Below are positions 45,770 to 57,186 of a DNA stretch of 64,000 nucleotides, in pieces. Both the position numbers and the translations under genes were made by a program. Source of the stretch: Macrostomum lignano (lineage: Eukaryota); the NCBI GenBank assembly GCA_002269645.1, contig NIVC01000546.1, positions 282,395 to 346,394 of the forward strand, given 5' to 3'. The notes under the pieces are model-generated. The model ran no database searches and was not told the origin of the DNA. It saw only the letters and a list, made by a program, of their open reading frames with translations. The stretch's first letter is position 1; each line of letters starts with the position of its first letter.

Positions 45770-46535
45770 GATCTACCTCTACTGAACATGACCCATCTGA
45801 TGGAATTCTGACCCATCTGACTGAATCCTGACCCATCGAATTGAATCCTGACCCACCTGATTGAATCCTGAGCCATCTGATCAATTCCTGACCCATCTGA
45901 ATAAATCCTGACCCATCTGACTGAACCCTGACCCATCTGGCTGAACCCTGACCCATCTGATCAATTCCTGACCCATCTGATCAATTCCTGACCCATCTGA
46001 TCAATTCCTGACCCACCTGATTAAATCCTGACCCATCTGACTGAACTCTGACCCATCTGATTGAATCCTGACCCATCTGACTGAATCCTGAACCTGATTC
46101 AATCCTGACCCATCTGGCTTAATACTAACTTATGTGATTAAACCCTGACCCATCTGACTGAGTCCTGACCCATCTGATTGAATCCTGACCCATCTGACTG
46201 AATCTTGAACCTGATTAAATCCTGACCCATGTGACTGAGTCCTGACCTATGAAGTAATCCTAACCCATTTAAAATAACCCTGACACACCTGATCGAAGCC
46301 TAACCCACCAAACCGAATCCTGACCCACCAAACAGAATCCTGACCCACCAAACAGAATCCTGACCCACCAAACAGAATCCTGACCCACCAAACCGAATCC
46401 TGACCCACCAAACCGAATCCTGACCCACCAAACCGAATCCTGACCCACCAAACCGAATCCTGACCCACCAAACCGAATCCTGACCCACCAAACCGAATCC
46501 TGACCCACCAAACCGAATCCTGACCCACCCAACGC
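45770..46535. repeat. Two related 20 bp minisatellites sharing a GAATCCTGACCC core
   Basis: GAATCCTGACCCATCTGATT (45770-46240) and ACCAAACCGAATCCTGACCC (46300-46535). Confidence 0.9.
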
Positions 46536-46609
46536 ACTCACAAGCCCATTCAACTATCTCAAATCCATCTCTTCAGCCAATCCCAATGTCAGCAGCAGCA
46601 GGTGATGGA

Positions 46610-49600
46610 TCAGCCAAAGAGCGGCACCAGCCTGAACTCAACCAGCAGAGCCAGCGTGAGAAAAGCAGCGTACATGAGCAGGAGCACGATGGCGTAGCCG
46701 CGGCCCAGCTGAAACCGGCCGAACACCGAGTACACCAGAGTGAAGCACAGACTGGCCGCCAGGCCGCCCAGCAGCACAAAGTCGAGCCTGTCGCCTAACA
46801 GCCGCACGCTGCTCGCTCGATGCCTGGCCAGCAGCACTGTGAAGGACAGGCCAACGCCCACCAACAGGTTGAACATTGGGCCGCCGAAACAGGCGGAGAT
46901 GGCCATTCTGGGGTAGCCGCGGCGGGCCAGGGCCACGTTGCTGATCAGGTCGCCGACGCTGTTGCCCCAGGCTAGCAGGGTCAGCCCCAGGGTCGCCTTC
47001 GAGACGTTCAACAGGACGCCGAATGCCTGAAGCGGATTGGGAAACTTGAAACTTGAAATTGGGGAACTGAGGATCTGGGAGGCTGCCCAGCAACTGACAC
47101 TCTGGGAGGCTGCCCAGCAACTGAGGATCTGGGAGGCTGGCCCAGCAACTGAGGATCTGGGAGGCTGGCCCAGCAACTGAGGATCCGGGATGCTAAAAAC
47201 GCACCTGCAGCAGAGCCACCACCTCATTAGCCACCAGGTAGATGATGAGCACAGCGGTGATGAAGCCCAGCCAAGCCAGGCAGTCATGCCACACAGGCGG
47301 CCTGTCTGTCTCAGATTTGCACAGGGCCACAAAGGCGATGACGGCCAGCACGGGGGCGCAGATGTACAGCAGCAGCACTTGAGAGTCGGCAGTGGGCACC
47401 GGCACGCTGTATAGGCCGCTGGCCAGCAGGCACACCAGCGGGCCGACGGCCAGTTGAAGGCAGTTCAGCGGCCGGCACCAGCCGCGCAACGGCTGGTCGT
47501 CGTCGACGACCGGCACGGCCAGGCTGAGCGGCAGCAGGCAGGGCGCCTTCGCCAGCTCCAGCAGGCGGGCTGCGAGGCCGCCTTCGCGCCAGGCTACCAG
47601 ATCGATTGGCGCCAGGCGGCGCGCCAGCTGAACCAGCAGCGAGGAGTCAGCGGAGAAGCCGCCGCCGCCGCCACCGCAACCAAGGAGGCCGGCGGAGGGC
47701 GATGCCGACGGCGGAGTGGCGAGGTCGACCGACTGCAGCGAACGGGAGACGGCGACGTCGGCCGACAGGGCGTCGGCGCGGCCGCCGCGGAACTCAGCGA
47801 CATTCTCGACGTCGTCTTCGTCTTCATCGATGTCCAACTCGGCGCCATCGAGGTCGTACCTGGCGGAGAAAAGTTTGTTTCTTACAGTCACTGCTCTCGC
47901 TCTTGTTAATAACGTTTAGGATTAATATGGAAAATATGGATTTGAGAAGATTGTTAGTGAGATAGACAGTAAGTTGAGAGAGATTGTCAGTGAGATAGAC
48001 AGTGGACTTGAGGGAGATTCTCAGTGGGATAAACAGTGGAGTTGAGGGAGATTCTCAGTGGGATAAACAGTGGAGTTGAGGGAGATTCTCAGTGAGATAG
48101 ACAGTGGACTTGAGGGAGATTCTCAGTGAGATAGACAGTGGAGTTGAGGGAGATTGTCAGTGAGATAGACAGTGGACTTGAGGGAGATTCTCAGTGGGAT
48201 AAACAGTGGAGTTGAGGGAGATTCTCAGTGAGATAGACAGTGGACTTGAGGGAGATTGTCAGTAAGATAGACAGTGGACTTGAGGGAGATTGTCAGTGAG
48301 ATAGACAGTGGACTTGAGGAGATTGTCAGTGAGATAGTAAGTTGAGGAAGATCTCAGTGAGATAGACAGTGGACTTGAGGGAGATTGTCAGTGAGATAGA
48401 CAGTGGACTTGAGGGAGATTGTCAGTGAGATAGACAGTGGACTTGAGGGAAATTGTCAGTAAGATAGACAGTGGACTTGAGGGAGATTCTCAGTGAGATA
48501 GACAGAGGACTTGAGGGAGATTGTCAGTGAGATAGACAGTGGACTTGAGGGAGATCTCAGTGAGATAGACAGTGGACTTGAGGGAGATTGTCAGTGAGAT
48601 AGACAGTGGACTTGAGGGAGATCTCAGTGAGATAGACAGTGGACTTGAGGGAGATTGTCAGTGAGATAGACAGTGGACTTGAGGGAGATTCTCAGTGAGA
48701 TAGACAGTGGACTTGAGGGAGATTCTCAGTGAGATAGACAGTGGACTTGAGGGAGATTCTCAGTGAGATAGACAGTGGACTTGAGGGAGATTGTCAGTGA
48801 GATAGACAGTGGACTTGAGGGAGATTGTCAGTGAGATAGACAGTGGACTTGAGGGAGATTGTCAGTGAGATAGACAGTGGACTTGAGGGAGATTGTCAGT
48901 GAGATAGACAGTGGACTTGAGGGAGATTGTCAGTGAGATAGACAGTGGACTTGAGGAGATTGTCAGTGAGATAGACAGTGGACTTGAGGGAGATTGTCAG
49001 TGAGATAGACAGTGGACTTGAGGGAGATTGTCAGTGAGATAGACAGTGGACTTGAGGGAGATTGTCAGTGAGATAGACAGTGGACTTGAGGGAGATTCTC
49101 AGTGAGATAGACAGTGGACTTGAGGGAGATTGTCAGTGAGATAGACAGTGGACTTGAGGGAGATTCTCAGTGGGATAAACAGTGGAGTTGAGGGAGATTC
49201 TCAGTGAGATAGACAGTGGACTTGAGGGAGATTCTCAGTGAGATAGACGGTGGAGTTGAGGGAGATTCTCAGTGGGATAAACAGTGGAGTTGAGGGAGAT
49301 TGTCAGTGAGATAGACAGTGGACTTGAGGGAGATTCTCAGTGAGATAGACGGTGGAGTTGAGGGAGATTCTCAGTGAGCCGCACCTTCTCCCAGAAGGCG
49401 GGTGCTGGATGGCGTAGCGAACGGTGTACAGCAGGCCGTCGTTGACGGTGGCAGCACCGACGCTGCCGCTGCTGCTGACGCCAACCCGACCGCTTTGCAA
49501 CTCGTCGGCAACGTAGGAGTGCAGCAGGGGCGCCCGCTCGCCGTAACTGCCCGCTGCCGCCGCAGTCAGCTGATCGGCTGGCGAGTTGACGCCGATCGCG

Positions 49601-50891
49601 GCTCCGTGCGGATGCGGCCGTCTGTGGCCGTGTCGGCGCCGGCGGGCGTAGCTGCGAATGAGCCGCGAAACCAGGGTGACGACTACGAATGCCAGGTACA
49701 GGCCGAGAAAGCAGACGGCCTCGGCCAGGTTGATCCGGCCGCGGTAGATCGCGTAGAATGCGAGGTAGAGAGCGGCCAGGTAAAATACCAGGTCTTTCAG
49801 AAGAGGCCGCTCCATTGCCTGCGAGAATTGTGACGGAAGAAAGGCTTCCTGTTGCCTGTCTGGCCGCTTCACCTGGTCTTTGTCATTCCTAACCTCACCT
49901 AGTCTTTGTCATTCCTAACCTCACCTAGTCTTTGTCATTTCTAACCTCACCTGGTCTTTGTCATTCCTAACCTCACCTGGTCTTTGTCATTCCTTATCTC
50001 ACCTAGTCTTTGTCATTCCTAACCTCACCTGGTCCTTGTCATTCCTAACCTCACCTGGTCTTTGTCATTCCTTATCTTACCTGGTTTGTCCTTCTTACTC
50101 TCATCTGGTCTTTGTCATTCCTAATCTCATCTGGTCTTTGTCATTCCTAATCTCACCTGGTCCTTGTCATTCCTAACCTCACCTGGTCCTTGTCATTCCT
50201 AACCTCACCTGGTATTTGTCATTCCTAATCTTACCTGGTCTTTGTCATTCTTACTCTCATCTGGTCTTTGTCATTCCTAACCTCAACTGGTCTTTGTTAT
50301 TCCTAAGTTCACTTGGTCTCTATCATCTTAACCTGGTCTCAACCAACCTAGTATTGATTCTCAATCAGCTCTAAGCTGCAGCCCACCTTAAAGGGCCGCA
50401 CAGCGGACACGACCCCGGCAACCACGGTGGTAACAAAGACGCCAGCGCCAAGCAGGGCGCCAAAGGCTAAGGATGCATCGCCGCTGTCGGACTGCAGCAC
50501 GGCCGCCAGAGACGAGAAAATGTCAGGGGCGCCGTTGCCGAAGGCCAGCAGGGTGACGCCGGCGAGGTTGTGGCTGAGCCTGAGATTGTCAGACATCACC
50601 GTGAGCGACGGGCAGAAGAAATTGTCGGCCGTAGTGGCCAGAGTTACAAATAGGAGCAGCAGCCATATTGCGCAGGCGGCCAGGTACAGCGGCTTGGCCC
50701 AGTCCGGCACCTGGCACACAAATGCTGACAGGTAGGAAATCAAACCGGACTCGGCGTCGCACGCCTCAGCTGAACGCACAAACTGGCACCTGGCTGTGGC
50801 GTTGGCGATACGCCAATAGCTGGCGCAATCGGCCGGCCAAATGTCGGCCGGCTGCGGGGCCAGTGACGTCATGCGGTTGACGGGGCAGCGG
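46610..50891 (-). CDS. SLC8B1: Sodium/lithium/calcium exchanger NCLX (CaCA family), 4 visible exons, 5-prime end possibly incomplete
   Basis: Exons 50891 (in-frame ATG at 50872)-50387, 49818-49385, 47859-47205 and 47026-46610, GT-AG, phases 0,2,0. Alpha-1 repeat AGVTLLAFGNGAPDIFSS, alpha-2 repeat GLTLLAWGNSVGD, also ACFGGPMFN and FFCPSL. Confidence 0.92.
47955..49378. repeat. 33 bp minisatellite filling an NCLX intron (TCAGTGAGATAGACAGTGGACTTGAGGGAGATT)
   Basis: About 43 units. Confidence 0.95.
49868..50340. repeat. 26 bp minisatellite in an NCLX intron (CTCACCTGGTCTTTGTCATTCCTAAC)
   Basis: About 18 units. Confidence 0.93.
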
Positions 50892-50934
50892 CTGCAACAA
50901 AAATTCAGCACTACAGTGCAGCTATTGCGGGCAT

Positions 50935-52619
50935 AGTGACCGGAAGTGAAGCACATGTAAAAAGACAGCCAAAATGAACGGACGCGAAAGGGAGGCCAAA
51001 CAGAATGACTGGAAGTGAAAGAGAGGCCAGACAGAATCACAGGAAGTGAAAGGGAGGCCAGACAGAATGACCGGAAGTGAAAAGGAGACGATACAGAATG
51101 ACCGGAAGTGAAAGGGAGGCCAGACAGAATGACCGGAAGTGAAAAGGAGACCAGACAGAATGACCGGAAGTGAAAAGGAGACGATACAGAATGACCGGAA
51201 GTGAAAGGGAGGCCAGACAGAATGACAGAAGTGAAAGGGAGGCCAGACAGAATGACCGGAAGTGAAAGGGAGACCAGACAGAATGACCGGAAGTGAAAAG
51301 GAGACGATACAGAATGACCGGAAGTGAAAGGAAGGCCAGACGGAATGACTGGAAGTGAAAGGGAGGCCAGACAGAATGACCGGAAGTGAAAGGGAGACCA
51401 GACAGAATGACCGGAAGTGAAAGGGAGGCCAGAAAGAATGACCAGAAGCGAAAGGGAAACAGAAATTATGACCAGAAGCGAAAGGGAGGCCAAACAGAAT
51501 GACTGGAAGTGAAAGGGAGGCCAGACAAAATTACCGAAGTGAAAGGGAGGCCAGACAGAATGACCAGAAGTGAAAGGGAGGCCAGACAGAATGACTGGAA
51601 GTGAAAGGGAGACCAGACAGAATTACCGGAAGTGAAAGGGAGGCCAGACAGAATGACTGGAAGTGAAAGGGAGACCAGACAGAATTACCGGAAGTGAAAG
51701 GGAGGCCAGACAGAATGACTGGAAGTGAAAGGGAGGCCAGACAGAATGACTGGAAGTGAAAGGGAGACCAGACAGAATTACCGGAAGTGAAAGGGAGGTC
51801 AGACAGAATGACTGGAAGTGAAAGGGAGGCCAGACAGAATGACCGGAAGTGAAAAGGAGACGATACAGAATGACCGGAAGTGAAAGGGAGACCAGACAGA
51901 ATGACCGGAAGTGAAAAGGAGACCAGACAGAATGACCGGAAGTGAAAAGGAGACGATACAGAATGACCGGAAGTGAAAGGGAGGCCAGACAGAATGACAG
52001 AAGTGAAAGGGAGGCCAGACAGAATGACCGGAAGTGAAAGGGAGACCAGACAGAATGACCGGAAGTGAAAAGGAGACGATACAGAATGACCGGAAGTGAA
52101 AGGAAGGCCAGACGGAATGACTGGAAGTGAAAGGGAGGCCAGACAGAATGACCGGAAGTGAAAGGGAGACCAGACAGAATGACCGGAAGTGAAAGGGAGG
52201 CCAGAAAGAATGACCAGAAGCGAAAGGGAAACAGAAATTATGACCAGAAGCGAAAGGGAGGCCAAACAGAATGACTGGAAGTGAAAGGGAGGCCAGACAA
52301 AATTACCGAAGTGAAAGGGAGGCCAGACAGAATGACCAGAAGTGAAAGGGAGGCCAGACAGAATGACTGGAAGTGAAAGGGAGACCAGACAGAATTACCG
52401 GAAGTGAAAGGGAGGCCAGACAGAATGACTGGAAGTGAAAGGGAGACCAGACAGAATTACCGGAAGTGAAAGGGAGGCCAGACAGAATGACTGGAAGTGA
52501 AAGGGAGGCCAGACAGAATGACTGGAAGTGAAAGGGAGACCAGACAGAATTACCGGAAGTGAAAGGGAGGCCAGACAGAATGACTGGAAGTGAAAGGGAG
52601 ACCAGACAGAATTACCGGA
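50935..52619. repeat. 29 bp minisatellite (GACCGGAAGTGAAAGGGAGGCCAGACAGAAT) with a 772 bp higher-order duplication
   Basis: About 58 units. Identical variant strings recur 772 bp apart (ORF starts 51493 and 52265). The array is cut by the LTR at 52623. Confidence 0.95.
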
Positions 52620-52622
52620 TGA

Positions 52623-54832
52623 TGTAACCACGCTCTGGTCGCGGGATAGGGCATGGGAACTTTTTCGAAAGTGCCTCCTATCCCGTGCACCCTCTGCACA
52701 GAGCTGTCGAGACTCGGCCAGGTCTCCGACCGGGCCTGGAGACTCCCGCTCTGCTGCACCCCTCCTGCTGCCTTGGTCCCGTCTCTCCTGCCGCCACACC
52801 TGCCTTTCCGGAGCCCCTACCCCTTTCTGTACCTCCCCCTCTACCCTATCTCTTCTGTTCCCGCCCTATTCTTCCTGTACTTTCTCTACCTCCTCCCTTT
52901 TTTTGTCTCCCTCTGCACTCTTTTCCTGCGCTGTCCCCTCTTTCCCTGTGTCTACTTACAGTACTTTGTGTGCTCACCGTCTCCCCATCCCCTCTCAAAC
53001 TCCCAAACGGTGACGCAAGTCGTGTGACCCCTTCTCCCCCTCGGTGACTCATCGATGACTCATCCCCCTCTCTTGCGCAACCTTTTCTCACGCTATTGTT
53101 CTCCTTCCCAAATTTCTCATGTGACACCCACCCCACCTCCGCTTCTATTGTTCTCGTTTTTGCTTCTTTTGTTCTCTCGACCCCCACCAATTATCACATT
53201 TTCTCCGATTTTCTCTTTCTTTTGTTCTCGTTTTCGCACCTAATTATCACCTTTTCTCCAATGTTTACTTTTCCATTGTTCTCAGTTTTCCCCAATTATC
53301 CCCGATTTCCAATTCCTTTGTTCTCGACCCCAGCCCTATTGTTCTCAATGTTTGCTTGCGCAACACTTTCGCGACCACCCGCTGCGCCAATTATCCCCCA
53401 CCCCACCTCCGGATTGCGCAATTTCCCGATTTCTCATGTTGCTATGCCGGTCTCATGCTTCTCATCATGACTCATTCTGACGTCATTCTGCCGGCAGCCA
53501 ATCAGAGAGAGGGAGCCATGGTAACGACCTTGAGGAGGCGGCTGTGAGGTCTATAAAAGGAAGCGATTTCGGCATGAGAATACTCAACTGAGTTTATCTC
53601 TGTTCCTCTCCTCGTCCTTCTTTGGACTTGCTGTCAGATTGAGTTCTGACCCATTCGTCTATAAGACGAATCCCTGCCGGTCCGCGGTCTGTTACCGCCA
53701 AGTTATCCTTAGCTCCCCAAGTGAGCTCGCCTATCGGCCAGCGGTCTGATACCGCCCGCATCATCAGCATCGCCTGATCTACATCAGCGCCTCGTCGCTC
53801 CAGCGCATCGCCGCTTCACCGTCTGCCTGACTGCAGCCTACAGCCGCCCTCGGTCACTCCGCCTCTCTCTCTCTCTGTGCAGCTGCCGGTAAGTTCCTGC
53901 TACTAATTTGTGCTCTAATTGCCTTTGCTTATCCGGGGTTTGCCTATTTTCCATTGTCTGATTAGAGAGCTGAGCCAATTGTGATACCGTATCTTTTGCT
54001 GTATTTTACTCAATAGTGAAGCCGCCTAATTGCCTGCTTATTTGCCTAAGGGCCTAATTATTAACTATTAACTAACTTCATCATTATTCAATCTTTCACC
54101 ATCATTTCACTCATGGCTTGCTAAGCCTTTCTCCCGGGGTGGCAAAGCATAAGGAAGTTTGGGTAAGCTAATGGCCTCTCCCCGTGCAAAGCCCGCCTGT
54201 GAGTGCGTGCTGCGGGGCCGCGTGTGCGTGCAGTAGAGGGATTAGCGAGTCTTGGCACAGAATGGCAGTAGGAAGGTTGCAACCCCATGCTAACGCGTCC
54301 CTTCGCCCTGAGCAATCTAAACTGTAGACAGTACATGTTCGCCTCATACTACTCTTAGTAATCAAAGTCGCAAGCCAGCCTCGCTCACAGCCACAAAGGA
54401 TCCCCTGCTGAGAAATCCTCCAGGATTGAGCCCAGAGTTCCCGATCATGCCCCAAGCAGAGTCCCTGTACTCGGCTGCATGCGTCTCCCCTGTTAGCCTA
54501 AATCCCCTGGTAACCAATCCAGGCGGGGCTCTAGCCTCGAGAGGTCTGGTAGAAAGATCCAGGTGCGCCAGGTCACATAGAGTGGTGGCAGCCACTCGGT
54601 CATACCATGACCGAGTGACCAACTATTGCACCTTGGCTACAGGTGGGGTCCATGTGGGTCCTTGGCCCTCTGGTCACGAAGCGCTACCAAAGCTACTAAT
54701 CATGTGGGCGGGACAGTCTGGTGCTGGAGGTCCGTCAGGTCATTGCCCGGTCATAGGCAGCCTACGGTCATTGCCCCCTCTAGCCATGCGTTCGTCTCTC
54801 TACGGAGCGGACAGGCGACAAGGGCGGTTACA
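52623..54832 (+). repeat. 5-prime LTR (2210 bp)
   Basis: TGTAACC...GGTTACA. About 4 differences from the 61660-63871 copy seen by eye. Confidence 0.93.
53045..53559 (+). promoter_or_regulatory. LTR Pol II promoter: AP-1 sites, CRE, CCAAT and TATA
   Basis: TGACTCA at 53045, 53056 and 53468; TGACGTCA at 53478; CCAAT at 53498; TATAAAAG at 53552. Confidence 0.6.
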
Positions 54833-54838
54833 TCAAAA

Positions 54839-54856
54839 TGGTGGCAGCGGTGGGAT
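54839..54856 (+). other. Primer binding site complementary to the tRNA-Leu 3-prime end
   Basis: TGGTGGCAGCGGTGGGAT lies 6 nt after the LTR end. It is the reverse complement of the eukaryotic tRNA-Leu(AAG) end ATCCCACCGCTGCCACCA. Confidence 0.88.
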
Positions 54857-57186
54857 CTGGTGCAAACAGTGCTGAGTTTCGGACTGGTGGTTTAGATGTG
54901 ACAAGCGCACCTGTGGCATCCCTCAGAATGGTGGCCGAAGCGCAAAGAGTGCCATGTCTAAATCTACCAATCGTAAAAATCGCCAATCGTCATTCTCTTC
55001 CCCCATGGCGTGAGGCAACAAAATCCAAAAATATTAATGTAACTTTTCAAATTTTTCGGGCTGCGAATTCGTTCAATTCATTCGAAATTTCCAAATTCAT
55101 TCATTCGCCAAAAGCCCCTGATTCAATTTAAAATTAATTTAGCCGATCAGTTTCAGCGCTAGAAAGTGTGAAGTGGTAGACGAGCGGATTTGATTACAAT
55201 CAGAATAGCTACCTGGTAACGGAGTGTGTGAAGAACTGCGAAAGTGAATTTTCCGGACTCACTTTCTATTTCATGGTAATATGCTTTATTTCCCCTCCCT
55301 TTCTTTCTCTCGCCTAGCCTACAGCAGAACTGTGTGAGTGTTGAGGTGGACAGCCAGCCAGGTACGGAAGCCTCATCACGCAAGCACAGGGAAGCTGGAA
55401 GCGAAGCATTTCTTTCCTTTGTCCTACCTCTTTCTTTTACTCGGGGAGTGTAACAGTCGCTCTCCCTGATCGCTCAGTTAATCCTAGAAATGCGTAGAGA
55501 CCGGAGCGTGTTTTGTTTGTCCATTAGAATGAACAGCTATCAAGGGCTATGGGGAACTCGCTATATATGCATAGTAAGGGAAGCAGTAGTCATGGCCTTG
55601 GAAACATTGGGGATACCAAAGTCTCGCAGGAATGGGAATAGCGGTGTGATTGTATCTCTGTAGGGTATCAGTGTGACTCAAAAATCTCGGGCTAAAAAAA
55701 GTGTCACCTCCTATGGAATACCTGCGATCAGCCCGGACCTGAATTCTGCGGTAACCCCTGGTGCCTTCATGGCTGGGATTCGATCCCAACGTGTCTGCTG
55801 ACTCTCCCCACTGTATTGCAGACCCGGTAGTAACTGCTTTGGTTGCATTTGGGCTGGTGCAGTGGCTGGAAATAGTAGATCCCATAGTATCCTATTGATA
55901 GTGGAGTTCAGTGAGTATTGGAATGGTGTACTGGAAGTCTGGTGGCCCCCAGTGATCTCGTAATGTTTCCTGCTGCATTCTCCTCCTTTAGTAATTCCTC
56001 CCCCCTGCTGTCAGTCTGATAGGGGAGGTGGGTGTGCCAATCAGCCCGACCCGGTAGAACGGCGCTCCTGCCCGACTTGTCAGCCTGGCCCAGGAAGGCG
56101 CTATTGCGCAACTCTTTTCCCCTCTGGCCACTGCAGCCCACTAAGCGCTTAGACGCAGGGTTGCATGCAGTCCCCTAATGTAAAGCCCCGGTACATAGAG
56201 TGCCACCCCAGTGCCCCGCAAGGTCAATAAGACGGGTTGACGTCTCTGGCAACTTGGAATAACCTAGATGGAGGTACCGCTGTCTCCTGGTAGAACCGGG
56301 CGTTCAAGTACAGTAAAGTGGAGAGGCTGACAACTGTAGGACTTTCTCCGCCATCAGATAAAGGTCCCAAGCATGCTATTTCGAGCTGCAGCAAAGGTGG
56401 AGTATCGGAGGGGCAAGCATTTCAGGAAGATACTCACTTAGGTCTGTTTATCCTAGGAAAGCGGGCGAGAGTTTCAGGCTTGTAATCCGCCTAACCTGAA
56501 AACTTCGGGGACAGTTTAGTCTGGACTCCCGCTGCGCGCCTTCGCTCTGAACAGAAAGGGGAGGTCTTGGTTTTTGTGGATTCTGCTAGACGTAGGGGAG
56601 CTGGATTCCCGCCTTTTGTGAAGCTGCGTGTACAAGATTGGTAGTCCTGAGGTGGAAGCCCCACTGGACTCCGACGGTTTTCCGGCTGTGCAAGGGCAGT
56701 AAAGTGGGAGGACCTCCATGGGGATTGCTCCCGCCACTTGGGTTTTTGGGTCCAGGCGCCAACGCTTCTTCGTAGTAGCTTTCTTAAGGAAATGGGGTCC
56801 GGCGCGCAACCCTAGGGGAGAATTTGTACAGGTGCCGTAAGTCCGTTTACGGTCGGCATTTGGGTTCCCTAGCATGGCCGCAAAATGAAGGTCAAGTCTC
56901 TCTGAATAGCCAATTTTTCCCTGTCAGGATGTGCCATAGACAACTGGTAGTGGTAGCCGCAGTTTGAGTCAGTGTGCTTTGCCGAGTGAAGCCGTTAGGA
57001 CTGCCTAAATGGAATTATGTGGAGCCACCCGTTTTTCAATTTGTTTTCTTCGACGCCGCAAGTGTGTGAGTTTTGTCTGTGTTTGTGTGTTTCGGATCAA
57101 CTTTTCGGTCTTTACCTGTAGTTGCCCCGGTTTTCTTTTCTTTTCCTTCCCGGTGGTGGGTACTCCCCCAGCTATCCGGCATTCAC

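Noticed and set aside
55774-55788. tRNA T-arm-like hairpin GGGATTCGATCCC
   Set aside because: No acceptor stem, D-arm or anticodon arm can be built.
55547-56875. Short antisense ORFs in the LTR element leader
   Set aside because: Different frames, no motifs, no splice or promoter support.
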